From positions 415,916 to 479,915 of the forward strand of contig JAXGZF010000004.1 in the NCBI GenBank assembly GCA_040771865.1: a stretch of DNA of 64,000 nt. The letters are read 5' to 3'. Positions 1 to 8,290 of the stretch are shown here, in pieces. Position numbers and translations under genes: made by a program. The DNA comes from Desulfobacterales bacterium. Its GTDB lineage: Bacteria > Desulfobacterota > Desulfobacteria > Desulfobacterales > UBA2245. The notes below the pieces were generated by a model that made no database searches, had not been told where the DNA came from, and worked only from the letters and a program-made list of their open reading frames with translations. Positions within the stretch are counted from its first letter, which is position 1, and each line of letters opens with the position of its first letter.

Positions 1-93
1 CCTGTTAAAATCTGGTTCACGGGTGAAAGTTTTCGAATCATGGACGGCGAAAAGCGCTGGCCGGCCTGTAAAAACGCGGCGCGTCCGGAATGA
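1..93 (+). CDS. 3' end of a probable ParB/Srx-like domain protein (truncated by the window edge, possibly degenerate)
   Basis: Frame 1 reads PVKIWFTGESFRIMDGEKRWPACKNAARPE*; IMDGEKRW resembles the ParB-N arginine patch (IxxGERRWRA). Confidence 0.45.
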   Translation, partial: PVKIWFTGESFRIMDGEKRWPACKNAARPE

Positions 94-119
94 AAGCAGT
101 TGCTCTGGAGGATGAAACC

Positions 120-268
120 TAACAGGGTGTTGAAAAACAAGAATCAGGCCGTCAGGCAAGGCGCGCGGCGATGCGACAAGCGCAGCATATTCAAGCATAT
201 GTGAGTATTGGCGAGAGCCGCGCAACGCTGAATGGCGGCCTCAGGCGCGGTTTTTCAACAGCCTGCTA
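120..268. repeat. Long imperfect palindromic element with terminal inverted repeats (MITE/REP-like)
   Basis: Left end TAACAGGGTGTTGAAAAAC (120-138) vs right end GTTTTTCAACAGCCTGCTA (250-268): 17 of 19 complementary; internal arms GCGCGGC/GCCGCGC also pair; non-coding. Confidence 0.75.
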
Positions 269-287
269 AACGAAATCAGGAAGCGTT

Positions 288-1121
288 ATGCATATTGTAT
301 GCTGTCTCAAACAGGTTCCGGATACCGCGCAGGTCAAGATTGATCCCGAGACCAACACGCTGGTTCGGACCGGCATCGAATCCATATTGAATCCCTTTGA
401 TCTGGTCGCTCTGGAACTGGCGGTCAGAATAAAGGGAGAGCACGGGGGAACCATAAGCGCCATCACCATGGGACCAATGCAGGCATCAACTATTTTAAGA
501 CAGGCGCTGTCCCTAGGCGCCGATCAGGTCGCTCTCTTGTCCGACAGAACGTTTGCCGGAGCGGATACGCTTGCCACAAGTTATACCCTTGCTATGGCCA
601 TCCGAAAACTGGGAAAAAAAATTCCCGTTGATCTGGTTCTCTGCGGCAAACAGGCCATAGACGGAGACACGGCCCAGACCGGGCCGGGAATCGCCACCCG
701 CCTTAAGTATACGCAGTTGACCTATGTCTCACAGGTTCAATGGATTGATCCCGACAAAAGAAAAATACAGGTGAAAAGGAAGGTGGATGGTGGTGTGGAG
801 GTGGTCTTGGGAGATCTTCCGGCGCTTCTGACCGTGGAGCTCGATCTCGTCCGCCCGAGAAGGGCTTCGCTTCCGGCGCTGATTGAATCGCTTGAAGCGC
901 CCGTTCCGACCTGGAATGCCAAATCGATCGAGGCTGTCGAAGCGCTGATTGGAATAAAGGGGTCTCCCACCTCGGTGAAAAAGATATCATCGCCTGCCCC
1001 GAGACAGGGAGGTCCAAAATTCCGGGCCGAGCCGGACCCCGGCAGAGCCGTAACGCAATGCCTTGAAGCGCTTTTTGCGGATGACGCATTTTTTCAGATT
1101 TTAAAAAAACAAACGGTCTGA
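288..1121 (+). CDS. etfB: Electron transfer flavoprotein beta subunit (FixA-like)
   Basis: KQVPD, NPFD, GADTLAT and CGKQAIDGDTAQTGP motifs; first gene of an etf/fix operon. Confidence 0.95.
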   Translation: MHIVCCLKQVPDTAQVKIDPETNTLVRTGIESILNPFDLVALELAVRIKGEHGGTISAITMGPMQASTILRQALSLGADQVALLSDRTFAGADTLATSYTLAMAIRKLGKKIPVDLVLCGKQAIDGDTAQTGPGIATRLKYTQLTYVSQVQWIDPDKRKIQVKRKVDGGVEVVLGDLPALLTVELDLVRPRRASLPALIESLEAPVPTWNAKSIEAVEALIGIKGSPTSVKKISSPAPRQGGPKFRAEPDPGRAVTQCLEALFADDAFFQILKKQTV

Positions 1122-1127
1122 AAGCTG

Positions 1128-2390
1128 ATGCCGAAAAATTCCAAAGAGATTGAAGTCGCGGAAATCATCTCCGACAAGTGTATCGCCTGTCAGATTTGTA
1201 TTGGAGAGTGCCCTGTGGGGGCCATCGAACTGTTCAGGGATGGTGTGGCGCATATTGATCCCGAGGCCTGTGTCGGTTGCGGAAAATGTTTCGAGGTCTG
1301 TCCTGTCGAAGCTGTGGCATTTGATTCGAAAAAGGGCAAAACAATATTGGACAAGGTAACTGGTGCAGAAGCCGTAAAAGGCCTTTCCTATCAAGGCGTG
1401 GCGGTTTTCATTGAGGTCGTGAACGGGTCGGCCGCACCGGTTTCTTTTGAGTTGATCGGCAAGGCAAGGGACCTGGCCCTGAAACGGAACTGCGGGGTCA
1501 TCGGGTTTGTCCTGGGAAACGAGGTCGAAAAAATAGCCGATGAAGCCATATTCCGCGGTTGCGACGTCATTCACATGATTTCTCATCCTGAGTTGGGAAC
1601 CTATCTTTCCCGGCCGTACGGAAAAATTCTGGCAAACCTCTGCAAGGAGGTTCGTCCTGAAATTTTTCTGATCGGGGCTACCCACCTGGGACGAGATCTT
1701 GCCGGCGTGGTGGCCACCCGCCTGGGAGCGGGCCTTACCGCGGATTGCACGGGATTGGACATCGAAGCAAAAACCGGTTTCCTCCTCATGACAAGGCCCA
1801 CCTTCGGGGGCAACATCATGGCGACCATTCTCTGTGAAAACCGGCGCCCCCAGATGAGTACGGTAAGGCCCCGGGTGATGAAGATGCCCGTTGAAGACAG
1901 GTCCCGCAAAGGCAGTATTTTTCGCCATGAATTCATCCCCGTAAAAGACCCCCTTGCCCAGGTCGTCGGGTTCACATCCGATATAAAAGCCTCGGGGGAA
2001 AAGGATATCACGGACTATCCCGCCCTGGTGACGGCGGGAAAGGGCGCCTGCGACGCGTCCGCTTTTCCGATGCTGCAGGAACTCGCGGATCTTCTCGGGG
2101 GCGCGCTGACCTGCACCCGTCCGATAGTGGAATCCGGACTGATGCCTTACGAACGGCAGGTGGGCCAGACCGGAAAGACGGTTGCACCCAAACTGTATAT
2201 TGCGGTGGGCGTCTCAGGCGCCATTCAGCACATTGTGGCGATTCAGGGCGCCGAAAAAATCGTCGCCATAAACAGCGATGAAAACGCGCCTATTTTTCAG
2301 GTTGCGGATGTGGGAGTCGTGGGCGACTATCAGAAAATCATTCCGGTTCTGATCCGCCAGCTGAAGGAAAAAATGAAAGGCCCGGGTTGA
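1128..2390 (+). CDS. etfA: Electron transfer flavoprotein alpha subunit with N-terminal 2x[4Fe-4S] ferredoxin domain
   Basis: CIACQICIGECP and CVGCGKCFEVCP; GLTADCT, RPTFGGNIMATI, QVGQTGKTV, GVSGAIQH. Confidence 0.95.
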   Translation: MPKNSKEIEVAEIISDKCIACQICIGECPVGAIELFRDGVAHIDPEACVGCGKCFEVCPVEAVAFDSKKGKTILDKVTGAEAVKGLSYQGVAVFIEVVNGSAAPVSFELIGKARDLALKRNCGVIGFVLGNEVEKIADEAIFRGCDVIHMISHPELGTYLSRPYGKILANLCKEVRPEIFLIGATHLGRDLAGVVATRLGAGLTADCTGLDIEAKTGFLLMTRPTFGGNIMATILCENRRPQMSTVRPRVMKMPVEDRSRKGSIFRHEFIPVKDPLAQVVGFTSDIKASGEKDITDYPALVTAGKGACDASAFPMLQELADLLGGALTCTRPIVESGLMPYERQVGQTGKTVAPKLYIAVGVSGAIQHIVAIQGAEKIVAINSDENAPIFQVADVGVVGDYQKIIPVLIRQLKEKMKGPG

Positions 2391-2496
2391 GGCTGCTCCG
2401 GAAACTGGGGACTGCAGCCTGAGCTGAAAGGTTTTTAAGGCAGAAGACCTGCGGGTGCGTATTGATCCGCACAATTCAAATTGCCCGAGGGTTTTT

Positions 2497-3798
2497 ATGA
2501 AGAAAAACTATGATGCGGCAATCGTTGGCGCCGGTCCAGCCGGAATAGCGGCGGCCTGTGTTCTGGCCGACAAAGGAATTCGCGCCGTTGTTTTTGAGCG
2601 GGGGGAATTTCCCGGGGCAAAAAACATATCCGGCGGCGTTCTTTACGGGCATGACCTGGCACGCATCATCCCCGATTTTGTGGAAAAAAATTGCCCCGTC
2701 GAGCGAAATATCGTGGAATCCAGAATATGGTATCTTTCCGAAGACGGAGGCTACAGCGTTGCCTACCGCGAGAAGGCCTTTGAATGCGAACGCCGGTTTA
2801 ATGTTTTTACCATGGGCAGGGCCAGATTCGACAGATGGTTTGCGGATCAGGCTTCACAAAAGGGCGCCCTGGTGGTTTGCGGCACCGTTGTGACGGATCT
2901 GTTGCGTGATGAAACCGGACGTGTGACCGGCGTTCGAACGGACAGGCCGGACGGGGATTTGAACGCCAGAGTGGTGCTCCTTGCCGATGGAATCAATTCT
3001 CCTCTGGCCGCCCGGACAGGGTTTCGCCCCGATCCATCCCCCTCGCATGTTGCACTGGCCGTCAAGGAGGTAATCGAACTTCCCGAAGCGGTGATCGAGC
3101 AGCGATTCAACACCGCCTCCGGCGAGGGGGTGACCATCGATATTCTTGGAAGCATTACAGGTGGAATGAACGGGGTTGCCGCCATTTACACCAACCGTAA
3201 ATCCCTGTCGTTGTGCATCGGTGCAAACCTGGCGGATTTTTCCGCAAAAAAAATCAAACCTTACGAAATGCTCGAAAATTTCAAGCAGCATCCCATGACC
3301 GCGCCTCTGATCAAAGAAGGCAAGCCCGGGGAATACATGGCCCACTGGCTCGCCGAAGGCGGTTATGATCAAATCCCCGGGCTCTATGGCGACGGCTATC
3401 TGATTGCCGGGGATTCCGCAATGCTTTTCAATACGCTGCATCGTGAGGGCTCGAACATGGCTATGGTTTCGGGAATTTTTGCCGCTGAAACCATTATCGA
3501 GGCGATCATGAAAAACGATTTCAGCCGGGCATCCCTGAAAAATTACGAATCCCGGCTGCGAAATTCGTTCATCTGCGACGATCTCAAAAAATACCGAAGG
3601 TTCAATCCGTTTTTGGAAAATCATCCGGAAATATTTACGACCCTGCCCGATGCCCTGGGTTTTGCCGCTCGCGAAATGCTGACCGTGGACGGCGTCCCCA
3701 AGAAAAGCAAACAAAAAAAAATCTGGAAAAACCTGCGAAAGCATCATTCTCTTTCAGCCCTGCTGCGGCTGATATGGGACGGATACAGGAGCGTTTAA
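2497..3798 (+). CDS. fixC: FixC-like ETF:quinone oxidoreductase, FAD-dependent subunit
   Basis: GAGPAG Rossmann motif, ERGEFPGAKNISGG, AGDSA; ATG at 2497 after GAGG; upstream of fixX. Confidence 0.92.
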   Translation: MKKNYDAAIVGAGPAGIAAACVLADKGIRAVVFERGEFPGAKNISGGVLYGHDLARIIPDFVEKNCPVERNIVESRIWYLSEDGGYSVAYREKAFECERRFNVFTMGRARFDRWFADQASQKGALVVCGTVVTDLLRDETGRVTGVRTDRPDGDLNARVVLLADGINSPLAARTGFRPDPSPSHVALAVKEVIELPEAVIEQRFNTASGEGVTIDILGSITGGMNGVAAIYTNRKSLSLCIGANLADFSAKKIKPYEMLENFKQHPMTAPLIKEGKPGEYMAHWLAEGGYDQIPGLYGDGYLIAGDSAMLFNTLHREGSNMAMVSGIFAAETIIEAIMKNDFSRASLKNYESRLRNSFICDDLKKYRRFNPFLENHPEIFTTLPDALGFAAREMLTVDGVPKKSKQKKIWKNLRKHHSLSALLRLIWDGYRSV

Positions 3799-4079
3799 TG
3801 GGCGCATCGATCGAAGACAAACTGTTTCTGGACCGCTTCAGGGTGGATGAGGCCGCTCATCTGAAGATCAAAGACAGAGCGGTCTGCATTGACGACTGCG
3901 AGCAACAGCCCTGCCTTTACATCTGCCCGGCCAATGTGTACCGGCTGGAGCAAAACAGAATCAGCATCAACTATGAAGGGTGCCTGGAGTGCGGGTCCTG
4001 CAGAATCGGGTGTCCCCATCTCAACATCGAGTGGAGATTTCCCACCGGCGGCTACGGCATCCGGCATAAATTTGGATAG
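3798..4079 (+). CDS. fixX: FixX-like ferredoxin
   Basis: CPANVY, CLECGSCRIGCP, W-x-FP-x-GG-x-G C-terminus; TAATG coupling to fixC. Confidence 0.92.
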   Translation: MGASIEDKLFLDRFRVDEAAHLKIKDRAVCIDDCEQQPCLYICPANVYRLEQNRISINYEGCLECGSCRIGCPHLNIEWRFPTGGYGIRHKFG

Positions 4080-4220
4080 CATCCGCAGCCCGCCGGTGCG
4101 CGGGCGGAATAAGGTTGAGGAGTCGGGAGTGAGTTTCGAAGAGAATGGAAACCCATGATTTTATGGGCAGCGCCGGGTGGAGATGGGGCGAGATGAATGA
4201 TCGTGCGAGCAAGGCAGCCG

Positions 4221-4280
4221 AAAGGGCGGCCGGGGGATTTTTCCCCCGGCATTTGCATGCGCTGCCGCCCTTTATTTTTT
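4221..4280. terminator. Nested hairpin between convergent fixX and M48 peptidase genes
   Basis: AAAGGGCGGC...GCCGCCCTTT enclosing CCGGGGG ATTTTT CCCCCGG, followed by a T-run. Confidence 0.45.
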
Positions 4281-5210
4281 GCTCATTGCCGCAGCCAGCA
4301 GCCTGGCCCGGCTGAAACCCGCCGACGTGACGATGCCTTTTGGGGCAGGGTCATTTGCAGCCAGCTCTTTCATCTGCTTCACGCGCGCGTCACTGGGAGG
4401 GTGCGTGGACATGGCGTCGGACAGACTCTGAAGAACGGGGGTTCCCGTTTTTTTGGACTTTTTCTCCATTTCCAGAAGTTTTTCGTAGAATCTGCCGACC
4501 TGATCCTTGTCGTATCCCGCGCCGACAGCCAGCCGATAGCCGATGCGGTCGGCTTCCATTTCGTCTTCGCGGGAATTCACCAGAAAGCCGTATTTCTGGG
4601 CCAGAAGCCCCCCGCCGGCACCAAGAAGGCCTCCGATTGCCGCAGCTTTGGCCCGGGAGGAGGAGTCGTCAAAAAGTACGGCGCCCAGACCATAGCCGAC
4701 GGCTGCGCCCACAACAGCTCCTCCCGTCGCGTACATCCAGGTTTTATTCTGGGCCTTTTCCATCGCGTACATGCGCTCCGCCGTATGGCGGGCCACGACG
4801 TGTCCGATCTCATGCGAGACCACGCCGGCCAGTTCCGCTTCATTTTCGGCCATCGCAATCAGCGGAGCGGTGACGAAGACCGCACCTGCCGGCATCGCAA
4901 ACGCGTTGACGTTGGGCACATCCACGACGGTGAACGAGTAGGAATAGGGATTCCCTTCCAGATTGTTGGCCCGGACGATTTTCATCCCCAGATCGGATAT
5001 GTATTTCTGAAGTTCCGAATTATTCGCCCTCGGATAATCCTTTAGCATTTTTGGCAGCGCTTCCTGGGTCAGGCGCTGCTCGTCGGCCACGGTCAGACGG
5101 GTTTCCTGCCCCACGTTCGAGCCTTCTCGGTAGCGTGAGCTGCCGGTCGGCGCGCATGCTGTGTTGACGGCTGCGATCAACAAGATCAACAAGACAGATA
5201 TTCTTTTCAT
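4272..5210 (-). CDS. M48-family Zn metalloprotease lipoprotein (BepA/LoiP-like)
   Basis: Lipobox-like NTAC, NAFAMPAG, HEIGH, SREDEMEAD, STHP; Gly-zipper insert; start placed at MKRISV. Confidence 0.9.
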   Translation of the reverse strand: MKRISVLLILLIAAVNTACAPTGSSRYREGSNVGQETRLTVADEQRLTQEALPKMLKDYPRANNSELQKYISDLGMKIVRANNLEGNPYSYSFTVVDVPNVNAFAMPAGAVFVTAPLIAMAENEAELAGVVSHEIGHVVARHTAERMYAMEKAQNKTWMYATGGAVVGAAVGYGLGAVLFDDSSSRAKAAAIGGLLGAGGGLLAQKYGFLVNSREDEMEADRIGYRLAVGAGYDKDQVGRFYEKLLEMEKKSKKTGTPVLQSLSDAMSTHPPSDARVKQMKELAANDPAPKGIVTSAGFSRARLLAAAMSKK

Positions 5211-5517
5211 AATGATGCTCCCGGGTCTATTGACATGTTTCATACCGCCTGCCTTTTCGACAGCAGCGGACCTTCTTGTTTCGATAATTCAATTAAACAT
5301 CGGCGCGGATTTCTGTCAAGCAGATAGGACGTGGGAACGAGGTTGCGTTCGTGCGTTTCTATTTATCGGCTCATCGCTTTGCGCTTCAGCTTTCTATGGA
5401 TGTTTTCTCATGATTCCGCTCTTGCCTTCGATCCATGTTTTTGTTAATTTTTTCAAATAGTAACAGGTCTCACATGCGGGAGAGTCGTACCCCGCAAATT
5501 TACGCCCTGATGGGCCT

Positions 5518-5581
5518 GCACAACCGGCTTCGGCAACGGCGCTGGCGCTCGGCCGCTGAACCGGCGCATGGGGCGTTACAG
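5518..5581 (+). mobile_element. Degenerate attC-like site
   Basis: GCACAAC...GTTACAG ends; inner CCGG(C)TTCGGC / GCTGAACCGG pairing with one unpaired base; a gene starts 9 nt later. Confidence 0.5.
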
Positions 5582-5589
5582 GAAATCGC

Positions 5590-6141
5590 ATGGAAGTATG
5601 CAATGTTCATGATCGTGGGCTTGAAACAAGCCCGGCGCTTGCGGGTGCGCTGATCGATTCGCTTGCGTCCAAAGAAGATCGGTTGTGGCCAAAACACGCA
5701 TGGCCGCCTATGGAGTTTGACCGCGCCCTGTGCTTTGGCGCAAAGGGTGGACACGGCCCGATAAGGTACTTTGTCGAGAAATACATACCGGGCAAATCAA
5801 TCCAATTTCGTTTCACGTGCCCGAAAGGTTTCGATGGGTTTCATGCTTACGAAGTTGCGGGTGGCTCCAAACAGCCGGTCGTCCTGAGGCATACGCTGAA
5901 AATGAATACCCGCGGGCCCGCGATATTATCTTGGCCTTTAGTTTATCGCCCCATGCATGACGCCTTGATTGAAGACTCGCTTGCTACGGCGCAAGTATCG
6001 CTCGGGGTAATGCCGCAAATTCAACCATGGTCGCTCTGGGTAAAGATGCTTCGCTGGTTTTTTTCACGCGGCAAGGCACGTGCCCAGGTTGCGCCTGACA
6101 GTTTGCTCCAGCCGCCGCTGCTTCCGCGCCGCCGCGTCTGA
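5590..6141 (+). CDS. SRPBCC/START-like family protein (probable former gene cassette)
   Basis: D-x-LWP-x3-WP and GGHGPIRY motifs; the C-terminal PDSLLQPP... reads through an attC-like site. Confidence 0.7.
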   Translation: MEVCNVHDRGLETSPALAGALIDSLASKEDRLWPKHAWPPMEFDRALCFGAKGGHGPIRYFVEKYIPGKSIQFRFTCPKGFDGFHAYEVAGGSKQPVVLRHTLKMNTRGPAILSWPLVYRPMHDALIEDSLATAQVSLGVMPQIQPWSLWVKMLRWFFSRGKARAQVAPDSLLQPPLLPRRRV

Positions 6142-6160
6142 GCTCGGCCGTTTTATGGCA
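6093..6160 (+). mobile_element. Degenerate attC-like site
   Basis: GCCTGAC (cf. RYYYAAC) - GCTC(C)AGCCGC ... GCGTCTGAGC - TCGGCC - GTTTTATGGCA; typical attC geometry with an extrahelical base. Confidence 0.65.
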
Positions 6161-6228
6161 GACATTGATTCGTAATCAAGCCTGCACAGGCCATGAGATT
6201 TTCATAAGTATTATCAGGGGAAAAGTTG

Positions 6229-6489
6229 ATGAAGCCAAACCCGCCTGACCAGGAGAAAAACGAATTCAAAGATCATGATAATGACTTGGTATGCTATTGT
6301 TTCCAATATACGAGAAAGCAGATCGAAAAAGATTACACAGATAATGGCCGCTCAATGATTCTTGAGAGGATTGCTTTTGGAAAGAAAACTGGTGGATGTG
6401 ATTGTGCTCAGAAAAATCCAAAAAGACGCTGATGTTTGGCCGATGTCCGCCAGGTGGTGGAAGAAATTGCAAAGAAAAATGCCATATGA
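6229..6489 (+). CDS. BFD-like/CopZ-N-terminal-type Fe-S/metal-binding protein, probable selenoprotein (UGA at 6430-6432 read as Sec)
   Basis: VCYCF...GGCDCAQKNPKRR-TGA-CLADVRQVVEEIAKKNAI*; Cys homologues have NPxGxCC; hairpin TCCGCC-AGGT-GGTGGA downstream of the UGA. Confidence 0.75.
6446..6461 (+). promoter_or_regulatory. Putative bacterial SECIS apical stem-loop
   Basis: TCCGCC/GGTGGA stem (one G-U pair) with AGGT loop starting about 19 nt after the in-frame UGA. Confidence 0.6.
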
Positions 6490-6506
6490 CAACCGCATCA
6501 ATTCGA
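6480..6506 (+). mobile_element. Left half of a truncated attC-like site
   Basis: TGCCATATGAC is 9/11 complementary to the cassette start GTTTTATGGCA (6150-6160) and contains the stop of the extended ORF. Confidence 0.55.
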
Positions 6507-6511
6507 GTTGT

Positions 6512-6634
6512 AATTCCGCCAGGCATGGTCAGGATCGCGTGCTTCTCACCATGCTTGGCGGCGGGGTGTTTTGCAACGAGACCCGCTGGATTGCCGACGG
6601 CATGAAACGTGCGCTGATGCGCTACGCGTATTGA
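6512..6634 (+). pseudogene. C-terminal gene fragment with a macrodomain/PARG-like GGGxF(G/C)N loop
   Basis: Reads NSARHGQDRVLLTMLGGGVFCNETRWIADGMKRALMRYAY*; no credible start; begins where the attC half is cut off. Confidence 0.4.
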
Positions 6635-6766
6635 AACCTCAAGGCTAAAATCGTAAGCTATGGCAGGTCCAGGGAATATGTGCGAAAAGGCGTAAGGAGA
6701 GAAGCCAGGCCCTTATTCTGAAAAAAGGATATTGATTTCGATTTGTCGCCGGCCCAAAGAAAAATT

Positions 6767-7426
6767 ATGATCTGCAAAGTCGCAAAATTCGCAAGCCCTT
6801 CCAGAGGTAATGGAGGTTGGAACCAGACCCCGTGGAATGCCGTTTCATCCGAGCTGATTGAAAATTACATGGGGAAGAAGCCTGACCATTTTCCGAAGGC
6901 CAAGGTGAAGATTGCCTATGACGAGACGGCCATATACCTGATGTTTCGAGTCGATGACCGATATGTCCGGGCAGTGGCTGCAGGGCATCAGGACAATGTC
7001 TGGGAGGACAGCTGCGTCGAATTCTTCTTTACGCCGGGCCCGGATGTTTCCAAAGGATACTTCAACCTTGAGATGAATTGCGGCGGCATCATGCTGTTTC
7101 ATTTTCAGACCGGGGCGGGGAAGGGCAGGATTGTCATTCCAAAGAGCGAATGCGGCCGGATAAGCATCGCGCATTCCCTGCCGCGCAGGGTTGATCCGGA
7201 AATTGCGGAACCCGTCACATGGACCGTTGCGTACCGGGTTCCCATCGATTTGTTGAAAAAATACTGCGAGGTGATCACGCCCGCCCCGCACGTTAGGTGG
7301 CGGGCGAATTTCTACAAATGCGCCGACAAAACCTCGCATCCGCACTGGTTGACGTGGTCGCCGGTCGACTTTCCAAAGCCGAATTTCCACCTTCCGCAGT
7401 CATTCGGCGTATTGGAATTCGAATGA
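6767..7426 (+). CDS. Carbohydrate-binding family 9-like (DOMON-like) protein
   Basis: VWEDSCVEFF, YFNLEMNCGG, ANFYKCAD, PNFH-x-P-x-x-FG motifs. Confidence 0.85.
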   Translation: MICKVAKFASPSRGNGGWNQTPWNAVSSELIENYMGKKPDHFPKAKVKIAYDETAIYLMFRVDDRYVRAVAAGHQDNVWEDSCVEFFFTPGPDVSKGYFNLEMNCGGIMLFHFQTGAGKGRIVIPKSECGRISIAHSLPRRVDPEIAEPVTWTVAYRVPIDLLKKYCEVITPAPHVRWRANFYKCADKTSHPHWLTWSPVDFPKPNFHLPQSFGVLEFE

Positions 7427-7494
7427 GAATTTTCGGCACGGACTGTATATTGTTGAGAATCTGGGGTTGAGCCCCGGTCCATATGCACTCAAGG

Positions 7495-7698
7495 CTAGTC
7501 GCCCCGAGCCCTTCGAACGGTAATCGATTCGCCTGCTACGCCCCAGTTGTCGGTATCGACCTCATCGATCACGACAACAGTTGTTTTCGGGTTTTTGTTC
7601 AGAACATCGACCAGAAGCTGAGTGACCCCCTGAATGAGACGAGCTTTCTGCTCCGAGGTCGCCCCCTCTCTGGTGATCTTGATATTCACGTAAGGCAT
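7495..7698 (-). CDS. 4-oxalocrotonate tautomerase family protein
   Basis: N-terminal Pro (MPYVNIKI), EQKARLI, VVIDEV-x3-NWG-x-G; RBS GGAGAG. Confidence 0.92.
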   Translation of the reverse strand: MPYVNIKITREGATSEQKARLIQGVTQLLVDVLNKNPKTTVVVIDEVDTDNWGVAGESITVRRARGD

Positions 7699-7710
7699 AT
7701 TCTCTCCAAA

Positions 7711-7768
7711 TTATGGCGTTCGAGCTCAGCCGAAGACTAAAAGCGCAGCCTTTTGCCGTTCGACGGAG
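7711..7768 (-). mobile_element. Degenerate attC-like site upstream of the tautomerase gene
   Basis: Minus strand ...CAAAAGGCTGCGCTTTTAG...CGGCTGAGCTCGAACGCCATAA; resembles attC right ends (GCTGAGCTC-AACGTT) with the GTT mutated. Confidence 0.45.
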
Positions 7769-7858
7769 AACTTTTCTGCTTTCAGATCATCGACAACCCG
7801 TATGCGACAAAAAGCCCGGTTTGCATTTTTTCAGCAGCAAAAACAGGGCGGGCGTTTT

Positions 7859-8254
7859 TTATTTCAAATCTTTTTTTAGCACCCACTGGCGGTTCTGGTT
7901 TTGCAGGAAGTGGTTGTCCTCAGCCAGGCGGTACATGCGGATCCGGTTCTGCCGGGCTACCTCTTCAACGGGAGTCGAGGTTTCCTTGGCGATGATCTGG
8001 AAAAGAGCGCGCCGGTCGCTGCTTTCTCCGTCGGCGATCACCTTCACTCCAGCCGGAGCGGCGGGATTGACGATGCCCACAAGGCCGTTCCATGCTTCGC
8101 CGATCAGTCCCTGTCCCTTTGCTTGGAGCAGGGCGGAATAACGTTCTTTCATCGAATTGACGACAGTGTTCCGATCCTGGGCCGCAGCGGTTGCAGCCAG
8201 AGAAAACACCATGGATGCGAAGCATATGGCGGCGAGAATTCTTTTTCCTTTCAT
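7859..8254 (-). CDS. ydbL: YdbL/DUF1318 family periplasmic protein
   Basis: Signal peptide; KxxGxIGExxxGL and DRRxxFxxIA patterns; third gene of a ydbH-ynbE-ydbL operon. Confidence 0.8.
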   Translation of the reverse strand: MKGKRILAAICFASMVFSLAATAAAQDRNTVVNSMKERYSALLQAKGQGLIGEAWNGLVGIVNPAAPAGVKVIADGESSDRRALFQIIAKETSTPVEEVARQNRIRMYRLAEDNHFLQNQNRQWVLKKDLK

Positions 8255-8290
8255 GGCGGTTACACCTTTCTGATTGTAATGTGAATCAGG

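Noticed and set aside
5329..5342. ACGTGGGAACGAG, resembling half of a REP-like repeat
   Set aside because: Only one short arm and no partner in the window.
6362..6634. 90-aa ORF from the track as a real gene
   Set aside because: Its 5' half overlaps the selenoprotein candidate in another frame; only the last ~40 codons look protein-like and are reported as a fragment.
7440..7480. CTGGGGTTGAGCCCC small palindrome, reminiscent of RAYT-associated ends
   Set aside because: Too short; equally explained as a hairpin between convergent genes.
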